In this document: positions 23,601-36,314 of the stretch, piece by piece
Layout of the letters: every line of letters begins with the position of its first letter
Numbering within the stretch: the stretch's first letter is position 1
NCBI GenBank assembly: GCA_973895155.1
Contig: OZ316892.1
Span: forward strand, 5,106,510-5,170,509
DNA: 64,000 bases
Source of the DNA: Marsupella aquatica
Taxonomy: Eukaryota; Plantae; Marchantiophyta
Direction of reading: 5' to 3'
Made by a program: the position numbers and the translations under genes
The notes under the pieces: model-generated
The model's database searches: none
The model's input: only the letters and a program-made list of their open reading frames with translations
Told to the model about the DNA's origin: nothing

Positions 23601-24830
23601 ATTGCCCCCATCGGGAGGTGGTATGGGGGTGGCCTCGGCAGTGGACACTGCCCCCTGCGCATTTCTTGGTAGTTGGGCGCAGGTGGCTCCTGCCCTGGCC
23701 TCACGTTTCATTGTGGACCTTCGGCCTATCCTCTCTGACTCGGTCATGGGAGTGGAGAACGGAGCTCTCCCTTTTCAGGTCCAGCTTCGTCATGCATGGT
23801 CATTATTGCCGGAAGACGTGCAGAGCGTGGTCCCTGCTTTCGAGGGAGTTGTTTTGGACAGCCTGGATCGAGTCCAACAGGTGATTTCTGATCGCATGCA
23901 CCAACATACCCTTTCCAGCATGCTTTCTGAGGCACCCTCGGATTTGGTACGGGCACGTCTTCTATCCGGTTCGGGCACTGGTTCGGGAGCTTGGCTATCG
24001 GCGAGTCCTCTTTGGGGCCCCTTTCGTATGAGTTCTTTTATTTTTACCACATCCACGCGCCTTCGGTTGGGTCTTCCTCACCCTTGCCTCTTGGGTCAGC
24101 CCACTTGCGTCTGTGGAGCGCCCCTTGATGGACGAGGCATTCACATTCTCAGGTGCGGTCATGGTAGTGAGAGGACTGCGACACACGATGACATTCGGGA
24201 CGTGGTGGCGGCCATTGCCCGTGACTCTGGGTACCATGTCACGATGGAGCAGAGACATGTGTTACCTCCACGGGATGGGGTTTCTGATCGTCGTCGGGCA
24301 GATTTGGTATTCTCTCGCGTTGGTGTTCGTGCCCTTGGGGATGTTGTTGTTGCTGATCCGACTAGTGGGGCCAACGTGGCTTCAGCGGCTCATGTACCAG
24401 GCCATGCCGCTTCGAGGGCAGCTCGGCTGAAGGAGGAGGCCTATGCCATGCGGTACCCTGGGGACCTCTTCTATCCGTTTGCCGTGGAGGTCTTTGGGGC
24501 GCTACACCCATCCTTTGACCGTTTTCTTCGCTCTTGCGCAGTTCAGTACGTCGAGCGGAGGCACAATCCCCCTGTGTCTGTCATCACTGCATTCTTTCGT
24601 CAGAGGGTGTCTGTTGCGCTTCAGCGGGCACAGGCATTCACTATTCTTCGTAGGGGGGAGGCTGTTGGTCTTAGGGCCGCTAGTAGGATTCCTTTGCTTG
24701 ACCCCCCCATGCAGCTCACACCAGAGCTTTACCAGACTCTCCAGTTTGCTGATAGGTAGGCGTTTGGGTTCCTGTCTTTGGGTTTGCTTTTCTTGGCCCC
24801 TTGGTGGTCCCCGCCCTCTATTTTTTGGCA
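20700..24830 (+). mobile_element. CRE-clade non-LTR retrotransposon (RT plus restriction-like endonuclease), nearly intact; ends approximate
   Basis: Sharp GC-rich island with a GCGGA-repeat 5' end and one long coding region; see next feature. Confidence 0.85.
21549..24759 (+). pseudogene. CRE-type polyprotein (zinc finger-RT-zinc knuckle-RLE) with one frameshift at ~22685
   Basis: Motifs CDACHSWYRPSGLTRHRRSC, RPLAIGEVLFRL, QFGV..PGGCE, DVANAFNS, GTRQGDPLG, SVADDTHI, GIRVLGVPFG, CVCG...HILRC, RRADLV...DVVV...K...Y, FAVEVFGALH. A 4-nt TTGT duplication explains the shift between ORFs 21549-22835 and 22738-24759. Confidence 0.9.
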
Positions 24831-25198
24831 GTTTGATATATAGATTCTTTCCAATCGTCGACAGATTTCACCTTGATATTGTCGACGATTGGAAATTAAG
24901 AGCCAGGAACGCAAAATCTGACGAGTCCCGTTTCGGTGATTTCGAAACCGTTCTCACGTTGTTTTCCACTCGTCGGGAGATTTCGCCTTGATAGTGCATC
25001 TGCATCTGTTAACCTTTTTCATGCTCGTAATCAGCTAGACGATTTGGCCCAAAGGTCCGACTTCGTGATCAATGGGTTTTGACAACTGCACTTGCTGTTA
25101 GGTTCTTTTCTGTATCGGATCACCCTCATCACGGCGTTAGGGCTGTGCTCTTCGAAGGCCCGGATGTGTGCAGCATTCCTATCTAGAGGGAAAATGGA

Positions 25199-28100
25199 AT
25201 GGATCCTGAACGCGTTGCATGGTGTTCAAGATGCCTCAATTTCGTCAGCATCCAAACCGACGGCATCACGGGATCATTCCTGTCGCGAACTAAAGAAGGT
25301 AGAATTTCATCAGTGCCTGCGGTTGCTCCTTCACCAGTACCGAACAGAAATAATTTCACGTCGTTTACTTCATCTTTTCGATCTACCACTTGAAAATCGT
25401 GACAAAGTGGACATGAGTGTGCTACAAATCCGTGCGATAGTTTTCTTCACGGTCTCCAATTTGATAAATCTGAGATGACGTTTCTCACCACATGGCTTTC
25501 AAAAGATGGGCGAGAGTCTTGGCTTCCTTGGATCTTTGAATATTTTCCAGAAGCTCGTATTCTCGTCATTTCATACAACGGCTGTGTTGAGAAGAAAAAT
25601 AAAGAGGGTGGTCCTCATATGCAAATCACTTCGGAGAATCACGTGATTGATGCGCGTGTTGGACAAGATTGATGCCCTGTTGTGCTAGTGGGACACAGTC
25701 TTGGAGGGTTGGTGATGAAAGAAGTTTTGCTGATCGCCAATTCAGTGCTCAAGTTGGATCCATCAAAACAAGTAGAGGAAACAGCTATTCTAAAAATGGT
25801 ACCAGATTGGCTGTTATTGAAACAAAGTTTGTGAAAGGAGAGCTATTTGAACATCTCACCGTTTTCAACAAGGAAGCATCTAGATGCAATGAGGCGTTTC
25901 GCAAGTTACGCCACAAGTACAAGTGGAACGCTTTTTCAATTGTGGAAGCCCTTCCAACAGATTTGGTGAGTAACAGATGCTTTAACAGGGTATCGTATCA
26001 AGTCGGCACCATGTCTCTTATGATTGCTCATAAGATTTTTTTTAAACATTCGCAGTTTCCACGCAAATTTAAAGGACTGTATCTGTTTGACAAAGCCCCC
26101 ATTGGATTTATCCTGCTTCAAGGTGTCCTACGACTCTAAGAGAATTTGCCACATACGAAGTACTATTCAGTTTTGCAAGTTTGACTGACGATTGGACAGG
26201 CCTTCAGTGTTGTGTGTGGGGATTTTAGAATGGAGAGAAAAAAAGCTCAACTTGAATTGAGTTTCTCTTCCACGGAAGCATTTCCAAATCCTACTAGTCC
26301 CAACGAATTTTCTTCGTCTGGGCTGCCCTGGCCTCGAGGATTTGTCAGTGCGTGCAGTTTTGCCAGCGCTTTAATCTGGACTTGCCTGAATGCGTTCACA
26401 AGTAACTTATCATAAAGAAATGTTCATTCCCATAACCTTCTTTACATGCTGTCTTCCCCAGGGACAATTGGGTAGGCATATTGTTGTGGAAGAGGCTTCA
26501 GCGAGGTATGACACAGACGACTATTACACAGCTCAAGATGCTGATCACGTTAACATATGTCGACCCGAATCTGAAACTAGGAATGTTATCAATCAGGCAC
26601 TGGCAGCGGTATCTAACTTCAAACATATTCTATGTGCACACGCTCTTCAACTATTTTGTGATGCATTCTACTTGGCCTCTTTCAATGTTCGCTGTGCCTA
26701 GATTTTGTGCGGGTTGGAAGACCGGAAGATCCTGTTAGTTTAGTGAAAAGAACGTTTGGCAAGTGAATTGATTGGCGTGCGTAACCTTGGTGTTCATTCT
26801 ATGGCAGGATGTCGAGGGCCACAAGCTTCGGTTATCCTGTGATGAAGTTGTAGGTCTCGATAAACAGGTTGAGATGGTTCGAGATGAACTTGAGAAGTCT
26901 CGCCAGGTGGGCTTGTTTGGACCGGGTGGTGTTGGGAAAACCACCTTAGCTAAGCTTGTATATAACGACATGTCAGACAACTTCGAGTACACCTGCTTTG
27001 TAAGTGAAGTGAAACGAAGTGTGACAAAGGAGGCAAGTGTGGAAGACCTACAAGCAGAAATACTGAAAAACTTGTACTACAAAGGGCGCCAGATAAAAAA
27101 GAAAGGACGCGAGGTAAATTTCGAATGGAGTAGATTAGCAGGAAAGAGAGTGCTGATCGGTCTGGATGATGTCGAGAACGACTCTCAGATTTTGAGTCTG
27201 ACCGACTCAGGATTTTCAACGGAGAGTTGTGTCCTTGTCACATCTCGGGACAGAAGACTTCTGGGGTGGAACGATTTTAGAGTTCACCATGTCGAATTCC
27301 TTGATCCTGAGGGGTCCAAAAGGTTATTCTGCAATCATACTTTCAAAAATGCAAATGCGCCTGAAGCTTACAAAGCGCCTGTGGAGAGATTTACACAAAA
27401 ATGTAGGGGTTGGCCATTGATCCTGAAAGTTGCTGGCAAATATTGTATCAAGATGAAGGAGGAGTTTGGGACGACGCATTTGACAAATTAAGTCAGGCGA
27501 GGCCACTGGAAGCGATCATTGATAAGGATGAATTTTGGCCAATTTTCAAGGTGATTTACGGTGCTCTTCATACAACTTACAGAACAACAAATGTTCTTGG
27601 ATATAGCCATTTGTTTCCATGACGAGGAATTGCTGTCTGTAAAACGAGCTTGGAGAGTCTGCAGGGGATTTGCTGATGCCGGATGGCAGAATTTGTTGGA
27701 CATTGGTTTGGTAACAACAACCATCGACACCAGCTCTGGCGACACCAACATCAAATGCACGAGGTGCTCCGTGATTTGGGACGTAGCATTGCATGCCCAG
27801 ACCCGAAAACTATTGAAGGCCACAGTCATGTTTGTTACCATATCGATAGGGGCCCTTGGCCATTTGAGCAGGTAATGCCGATACCAACGGTGAATTGAGG
27901 TCTGCCAAAAAAATTCAAGATTGGGTTTTAAATGTTGGCAAGCTTGCAGACACTAAATTAATTTTTGTTCAACGTGCACAAATCAATGCAGGGAAATTCT
28001 AAAGTGAAAATATTGAAGATTGTTTCTGGCCGTGGGCGGAGGTACCCAAGAGCTGGCCCGAGACGTACCATCGATACTCGGGAACTTCGTGGATTGGAGA

Positions 28101-29506
28101 ACTTGAAAGCTCTCTGGCTAGACGGTGTCCCCCTGCATGGGACTTGGAAGTTGCTTACAGCCAAACTTGAGTTTCTACAATTGAAAGCAGGATGGATATC
28201 TTACGAATTTGATTCCCTGCCATCGTTGAAGTGGAAAGCTGGCTGGCTTTATAGTGTCGTTCTGCGTGGGGCTTGGAATTTGGTTCGAGCCAAGCTTGAG
28301 TTTCTGAAAGTGACAGCAGGACGGATATACCAATTAGGTTTTTTCCGTCATGCAACATTGCGACATGTGGAAATTGACATCGGGGGAAATCATTCGGGAT
28401 CTCCGAGAGATACTCTCGATCAACTTAAGGCCCTGGAATATCTGAGTTTTGGGTCCTGTAGTTCACGAGACCTTCCGCATAGCTTCAAGCAGCATGGAGC
28501 TCTAAAACATTTGAGAATAGGTGATTACCAAAATACAGCTCTTCCTGATAACCTGGGGGATCTTCAAGCTCTTGAACATTTGGAAATTGGGCGTTCGCGA
28601 CTGAAATATCGCCTGGATAGTCTGGGCCAGTTCGGAGCTTTGAAGAGTCTAACAAACGACTGCTACGGGGCAGAAACCATTTCAGAGTGTCTCTGGCACG
28701 TATCAAGTTCGGAATTGGATTGTTCTCGATTCACAACTCTGCCTTCAACTCTCGGAGAGGTGTCGTCTCTGAAAAGTCTGACATTAAGTAGTTTCGGCTG
28801 CACAGCTCTTCCTTCTACTCTCAGGCAGCTTCGGGCTCTGGAGAGTCTGACATTAATTGAGTGCCACGGATTGCTAACGCTTCCTAATAGCCTAGGGCAA
28901 CTGAATGCTCTACGGCAATTAGTCGTCATGTGGTGCCCTCGGATCATGGCCTTTCCGGAGACCCTCGGGCAGCTGGATGGTCTACGAAAGTTAACAATTA
29001 TCGGTTGTAAGCTTCTGAGAAGTCTTCCAGATGCCCTCGGGGAGCTTCAAGCTCTCTCACATCTTGTCATAAGAAGGTGCCATCATCTAGAAGCTCTTCC
29101 CCCTACTCTCAAGGAGCTTCCCGGGTTGCAACATTTTGATTTGGAGTGGTATCGGCAGAGCTTGAAACCTCTGGAGAACATTCTTCAGGAGCTCCGATCT
29201 CTAGAGCATTTCACTCTGTTCAGTTCACATGACCCAAGGGCTGTTCAGGAGGCCCTTGGGCAGCTTGATGCTGTGAAACATCTCAACATATGGATTGGCA
29301 AGGATCGGTTTGATAGAGTGGGGCAGGAGGAGCTCGGCAGTGGAAACTATTTTGAAATTGTTTTCTGTGTTAGTAACTCTAGTGATCACTTAGACGGTTT
29401 CTTAGCGCCTCTCGCACCGTTGGAGATTGAATCGACTCCAATTAGATGGACTGAGGAAGCATTGCGCCCTCTGGCCTTGCCTTATTTCAAAGTCCCCCCT
29501 TGGTAA
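25199..29506 (+). pseudogene. alpha/beta-hydrolase-NB-ARC-LRR (HNL) immune receptor pseudogene; 5' end uncertain
   Basis: Hydrolase: IVFF-HGLQ (frameshift), ARILVISY, PVVLVGHSLGGLVMKEVL (after a stop at 25670), VVEEASAR...DADHVNICRP. NB-ARC: GPGGVGKTT, VLIGLDDV, VLVTSRD, GWPLILKV, MFLDIA, MHEVLRDLG. LRRs: LPxxLGxLxxL repeats in 27965-29506. Multiple frameshifts. Confidence 0.9.
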
Positions 29507-30246
29507 GTCTCTCTGATGGAGTATGAGTTGCCAATAGATGGGTCACTTTGACCCCTGCCATAAGGGGTGAGTTATTGGTACTCCTGTTCACAGTAAGTGT
29601 TTTTGGGTGTCCTTCTCGGACAAGCCCAAGCCTATTATCTTGACAAATGGGCAGGATAGCATTCTAATAAATAATACACAGTGACTAAATCTGTCCCTGG
29701 ATGATGTGATGTTGTGATGATGCTGTTGTGATGATGCAAATTCAAAGTCTAAAAGTCAAAGTTTCAGGTTTCGATGAGCCATTGTGGCACTTTCTTGCGG
29801 AAGCCAATTTTGGCCTCCTGCAACTTTCATGGCTGTTCTTGCAACTCATTCCTTACCGGCAACTTGTAACTTGTTACGGTCGTGGTTTGAGACGCCCTAA
29901 TAAGTTAAGCCTTAGATGAACTCAAACTACATGAGATTAAAGGGCTAGAAGGACAACTAGAGCAATCTATTATAATTCTTTGTAAATGGCGGTTAGGTTA
30001 GCCATAAATTAAAAGTTGGGTGGCATTTGGGGATGAATCAAAGCAATCAATGTGTTTCACCAGGTTTAAACTATAGGAAGCTTTCTCCCTTATAGTAAGA
30101 CCACCCTTGGAGTATCTCCCTAATCAGTAGAAGTGGACAAGAGATGGCCCACTTTCACCTAAGCCTGCCCTAGCATTTCTTTATCTATTGAATATCTTGT
30201 GCTTTTGATGTTGCTCTATTAGGAGAAACACTAGCTTCCAACACTA

Positions 30247-31145
30247 CCGTCTTCCTTCGAACACAACGTCTGGGCGCTGTGTTCAAATATGGGATTTGTA
30301 GGGTCCTAAAAGGAAAAAGTTGTTTTTCTTCAAACACAACGTCGTATTAACATAATGCCCGGGCGCTGTGTTTGAAGTTGGCGTTGTGTTCAAATAGTTG
30401 GCGCTGTGTTCAAATAGTTGGCGCTGTGTTCGAATAGTTGGCGCTATGTTCAAAATTGCACCTTGTGTTTGAGAGAGATCCCATTTTGTGTCTCCCGCTA
30501 CATTTCAAGCTGAAGCAAAACTTAACAAAAAAAGTTGTCCACAGTTTTCGCAGCGTCTGTAGCAATAGTTGCAACAATTTCTAGAGCAAAAGCACAGACA
30601 CACATTTTTGACTAAAAGGGCACTTGACAACTTTATCTCATTGTGAAACTTCTTACGTGAATGTGCACATGTACGAAGTTAGAATTCAGATCGATAATGA
30701 ATCTCTAAACTCCTAATATGACTTATCTTCTACAAATCGGGGTTCATCAAATTTGTGAGAGGCTTTCCTTTCAGTAATAGGATAGAGATCCTCTTGGCTC
30801 TTGTGGCTCTCTTCTCTTGTGTAATTTTAGTGTTTGAGTTACTTACACATTCCCAAACACTTTCTTTAAGACATCTATTTTGTATATGATTTTTGTTTTT
30901 GCTTACACCATAAATTAATCTCCTAGCCTTGTACACAACGCCTAAACTCAAACACAACGTCAAACTCAACACAACACCATTTTTTGAACACAGCGCCGCA
31001 AGTGAAAAAATCCAAAACCATGTGACAAAATTTGAACACAACGCCTAGGGCGCTATATTCAAATATAGCGCCCCTCCACCCCCCCCCCCCCCTCCCCCGG
31101 GCCCACTATTTGAATAGCCTGGGCATTGTGTTCGGGGGAAGACAA
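30247..31145. mobile_element. Non-autonomous Tc1/mariner (pogo-like) element / MITE with TA TSD
   Basis: TIRs CCGTCTTCCTTCGAACACAACG and rc TTGTCTTCCCCCGAACACAATG, with TA on both sides. The rebuilt empty site CCAACACTAGTAATGTT matches neighbouring CACTAGTAAT/GCTAGTAATG repeats. Internal 20-bp GTTGGCGCTGTGTTCAAATA tandem repeats at 30377-30455. Confidence 0.8.
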
Positions 31146-31700
31146 TAGTAATGTTCATTTATTTTTATAGCCCAATTTGCTTAATTTTTTCTCATAAATA
31201 GAGGTGGTAAATAGAGCTATCAAAATTTAGTAAATAGAGCTATCAAAATTAATGAACATTACTAGCGTTTTGTGCTTAATTTCTCTCATAAAGACACTCA
31301 AAATAGTGTCATTTTGAACAATCCAAACTGGTGTGATCCCAGCGCTAGTAATGTTCCTTCACTTTTGTTATCTTTTTGCCTATTTTTATGTAACATGCTC
31401 AAAATACTCTCATTTGGAGGGTTCAGATGGATGTGACATTACTAGCTTATGGTGCTAGTAATATTTCATCATTTTTGTTACTCTTTACTTACTACTTTTT
31501 TGGAAATATGCATTCCTATAGTGTCATTTTGGAGTGTTTTGGTGACTTGAATATTACTAGCTCTCGACGCTAATCATATTTTTAACATTTATATTAATTT
31601 TAGCTCAAGTTTAATATAAATATTCTTCAAATAACATCATTCCTAAAGGGGAATGATCAAGCCAAGTAGGATATTGCCAGCTCCCCACACTAGTAATATA
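31146..31700. repeat. ~120-bp degenerate repeats with ATTACTAGC...GCTAGTAAT inverted cores
   Basis: Cores at ~31258, 31344, 31438-31462, 31553-31574 and 31688. Confidence 0.65.
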
Positions 31701-32779
31701 TTTATTTATTTTAAATATTTTTGCTTATTTTATTTTATTTTATTTTATGGGTTTATGTTTATTATTTCTTGTAATTGACTCTTTTGCCAAATTTTCCTTA
31801 AAAAATGATGGATGTCTCTACACACACAGGTGTCATTTGATAATAGCATCCGCTGCTTTTATCAATCAATAGTCAAATAAATATAATTTATGATAGCGCC
31901 TAGCGCTACTATAAATTATACACAAGATTTAAGAACTACTGAGATAGCAATTAGGTACTAAATAGGGATTATATCATATTAAGATGTTAAATTTCTTTTG
32001 CATCTGGAGCTATTATGAGATTTGTTCTCAGATATAATCCAAGAGTTTAATCTGCATGACCCTTAAACTACATGATGCAACCAGAGGATGTTATAGTTCA
32101 AGGGAAGGAGGGTAAAGTCTGTTTACTTCATAAAGCACTTTATGGACTCTTCAAACTTCTTGCCTAGATGTATTTTTCCCTAAAGCACACGGTCTGGCTA
32201 GTCCAATTGCTTGAGTAAATGTCTTTTCTTCTAGAGTATGATCATACTCTCTTGTTTAAATCTTGGAGGGTTGATTATCAAAAATCTCAGGAAGCACTGC
32301 GATCTAAAATATGTATTTTTGATAGAAATTAACATGTTTTTCAAATATGTATTTAAAAAACATAAGAGGCAAAAAAAGGTATCATAAACTCATGTTTATA
32401 GAATATTATCTAATATATACTTTTTATAAAGTAACATATTTTATTAATATTAAAAATGAAGCATAATCTTGTAATATTTTTTCTATAAAATAGGTCTATT
32501 TATATAAGGCTAAGATCGCAGTGGTACCCCAAAATACACAGTCACTTAGTTAACCACTGAGGTTGAAATGCCTTTTCTCCACTACGCATGCTCTTGGCTA
32601 TTGCAAGTTTTTACCAAACTGGTACTTCAGATTCAAATTTTAATGACATGTTGCTTAAAGATTGCACTGTGTGAGTGGGAGGAGCTTTGCAAATAGCACT
32701 CTACTTGGTACCCGATCATCGCCATGGCAGGAGGCGGCTTGCCTATCACTTCCGTGCCTCTATTCAACAGAATTTCTGA

Positions 32780-33800
32780 GGGGCAGGGTGCGCTATTATT
32801 TACCCCCTTACACTTGTAATTTCATTGTTTTTTTTTCTGTGGGGCTTTTCGTACGTATTATTGGACGTGCTGAACAAGCATTTCCAGGTAGTCCTCCATA
32901 TCACAAAGCTGGAATCAACGGGTCTTCAAGTAATGTATTTTGGTGGCGGTTATCTCTTGTTTTCTCCGGTCGCAGCAGAAGTCATGAGACACAAAGGGTA
33001 CAAAATCATCATTGGTGATCCAGCATCTGCCTCTACTTGATTGCAGTTTTGCCAGTCATGGAACGGTGTGGCTTCTTTCATCGTCTTTTTATTGCTTTGA
33101 AGTATTTTTTACAAGAAAAAAAGTCAACAACCTTGTGAACGTCTAGTATGTGTATCTTGTAGTTGCTTGCACTGGTGGTGCTGATGCACTTCTCTTCATT
33201 TTTACCAAGCTCCCTAAAGTCTCAGAAAAAATGCTGCAATTGTCAACCACGGATAATATTCAAATTGATGAGTCTGGTCAAGAGATCAGTCAAGGGCATT
33301 TGTGAAGACAGTACAACTTGATGTTTTCCTTCCTTGCTCAATTTTGTTACGTAGGGGCGCAGATCACTATTGCATCTTTCTTCATCAACTATGCAACTGA
33401 GAACGTACTAGATTTTTCTTTTGCTGCGGCCTCCAATTTACTATCATAGGCTTTGATAACATATATTCACTATAGGCAGATTCTTTGCCATTGCTTTGGC
33501 AACTATTTTCCAGGCTAATTTTCCCCTTGCCATCTATGGAGTCTTCGCAATTGAATGCCTATAGCTGCTTTGGTCGTGGTAGAATTGCAGTTGGTGTTCT
33601 TATTTCTTTGTTCTTTTTTGAGGCAGCTATGTACCCGATCATATTTGCTCTTGGTATTTCAAACCTTGACATTCATACTCGTCGTGATCATGGCATCTTG
33701 GTGACGGGGGTATCTGGTGGAGCTGCTCTTCCACCAATTCAGGGTGCTATTGCAGATTTTTATAGCACTAAAATTTCCTATTTAGTCCTTTTAGTGGACA
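32780..33800 (+). pseudogene. MFS L-fucose permease / glucose-galactose transporter (FucP family) pseudogene, fungal-type
   Basis: Motifs LFFLWGFSYVLLDVLNKHFQ, HITKLESTGLQVMYFGGGY, (W)RQYNLMFSFLAQFCYVGAQITIASFFINYA, FFEAAMYPIIFALG, GVSGGAALPPIQGAIAD. Stops, frameshifts and an internal deletion. Confidence 0.85.
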
Positions 33801-34599
33801 ACTTTTCAACACCTTTGTACTTTTTTGGTCATTAATATATGTTTTTTTGGCATGTATATTTATGATTTTTTGTATTATCTCACTCACTTTTAATTAATAG
33901 ATATTATTTTTCTTGGCATGTACTTTACATTTACTCTCTTCTTTACTTTAAATAAATTAAATGAATTACATATCACTACAAGACAAAAATAGAGATAGGT
34001 TCCAAGATGAACATGCTATATGAATGATCTTCTTATAACTGGCAATCATGAGAAGAAAATTCAATGACTCATCAAGCAATCGCATCAGAAATTTAAAATG
34101 ACATTTCTTGGAGAAATGAAATTGTATTTGCGGATTAATTGAGTTTATTTGTCTCCCGTCTGAAATCCTCATGACACAAAGGGGATATGTACTACAAATT
34201 CTAGAGGAATTTGGAATCTCTGGGTTCTCACTATATGAATGCATGCATCCCTATCACCTGCAATGTTTTTAGGCCTTAGACCCCCTAAAATGTAAAAAAT
34301 TATTATTATTTTCCAACTCTCATAAAGTTGGAATATTTTTGGAATATTTCAAAATTTTTGTGATAAGGACCCTAATGTTCTTATAAGTCTCAAAATTTGA
34401 TTTAAAAGACCCAATTGTTCTTCTCAGAAAATTTATAAGTCTTCCATTTGAACCAATAAAACAACCCTATATTTTGTCGCACGTGATGTGTCATTTTTGT
34501 GGAAGTGAAACACCCAAGTTTGGAATGGTAGGATGTAATCCTTGTCCCGCAACTATGCATTTTGATTGTCATCTAATAACTCATATGGGAGCAAAAAAA

Positions 34600-35699
34600 C
34601 ACACAGACCTTTATATAGGAGAATTGTGGGCAAGCTCATTTATCTTATCAACACAAGAGCCAAAACATCTGGCTATGCTGTGAGCATTGTAAGTAGCATG
34701 GCGGAGCCTCAAGTTCTGCACATGATTGCAGTCAAACATATACTACAATACCTGGCACATACAACAGATTTTGGAATTCTATTCAGTAAAATTGGGAGCT
34801 ACAATCTATGAGGATTTATATAATTATGCTAACTGGGCAGAAAACCAGAGGCACAAAAAATCTACCTTTGGGTATGTATTTCAATATGGACTTGCCCCAA
34901 TCACATAGAAATCCAAATATCAACCAACTGTTGCACTATCATCTATGGACAGAAAACCAATCACTGGCAAAAGGAGCAAAAGAAGTTGTTTTGCTAATCA
35001 ACTTTTGAAGAAGTTGGATTTCAATGATGAGAAACCGACAAAACTATTTTGTGAAAACACTAGTGCTCTGCTTCTTGCTCAGAACCATGTCTTTCATGCA
35101 TGTACGAAGCATATTGAGGTTCACTATCACTTTGTCAGGAAGCAGGTGCAAAATAAAATCTTAGTCTAGTGTATATTGCTTCTAGAGACCAAATTGCAAA
35201 CATCTGAACTAATCCACTTGACCATGCAAAAATTTTGGAGTTAGGGAACATTCTTGGCATTGTATGGCTCTCTCAAGTAACAGACGATGACAAATAGATA
35301 GGATATGACGATTAGTTCTGAGTCTCAAAATTCAACCTTCAAGTGATTCATCCGTATGGAAGAGACTATTTTCCTCACTGTGATCACTTTAAGTGTGAGA
35401 GGTGTTGGAACTTCACTTTGTGACACACTGAAAGTACATAGTTATTATATAGTATTTTTATCTTTAATTAGGTAATCTTTCTTGCGCCTTAAGCTTAGGA
35501 GTAGTGTTTGCTGTCTTGTCTGATCTACCCCTTGCATGGGTTCTATGTTGGGCTCCACTAGCTTGCTGGTTAGTGCAGTTCAGTAAAGCATTCCATTGGA
35601 AATCACAGTTCATGCGCCCCCACAAATCCAGTTGCACCATCTTCTGTTGTTTCCGGGGTTGTTTCACTCATTCAATTCTCATGAGGAAGGTTTGTAACA
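34600..35699 (+). mobile_element. Copia 3' remnant (RT end, RNase H, PPT-like tract, 297-bp 3' LTR at 35403-35699)
   Basis: YRRIVGKLIYLINTR, AVKHILQYL, KKSTFGYVF, HACTKHIEVHYHFVR; purine tract before TGTTGGAAC...TGTAACA. Confidence 0.85.
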
Positions 35700-36314
35700 T
35701 TTCTTCTCTCCTGAAGAGATTGCATTAAATGAATGCTCTCGCGAACTAGAATCTTGGCCAAAAAAAAACACTCATGTGGAAGGATTTCTTATATTTAATT
35801 CCAAATTAAATCACACCTTCAATATAGGGAAATCTTATTGATTATTTTGTAACTTCTTGAACATTAATATTAATGTATGGATATAATTTTACAAGCAAGT
35901 GTAACAAGAATTTCTGAGCCCATGTTACGGATAGACACACCAATGAGTTAAAATTATAAAACCAAGTCTAATTTCAATCTTTGTTTTGCAAGAGATTTTG
36001 GGACATTCAATATTAATTTGAATACTGTTAAAATTGTCTTTTTTAAACCACAAACATCATTATATTTTCAAGTTGTTGATTCTATAAATTTGTGTTATTG
36101 TTATCTTCACAGAATTTCTTAGAATTATTTATAAATTTATTATTCCCATATATAAGAGGATGGGGTGCTTAAGAAAATGAGAAAAGTTTTGGACTACAAT
36201 AGGATTAGAGTTTGACGCTCTCTCGTGACCCCAATATATCTAGCATAGGACAAGAAAAATATGATGGTAATGCCATACTCCACCATACAAATTGGCCTAA
36301 TTAATTTAATGTGT

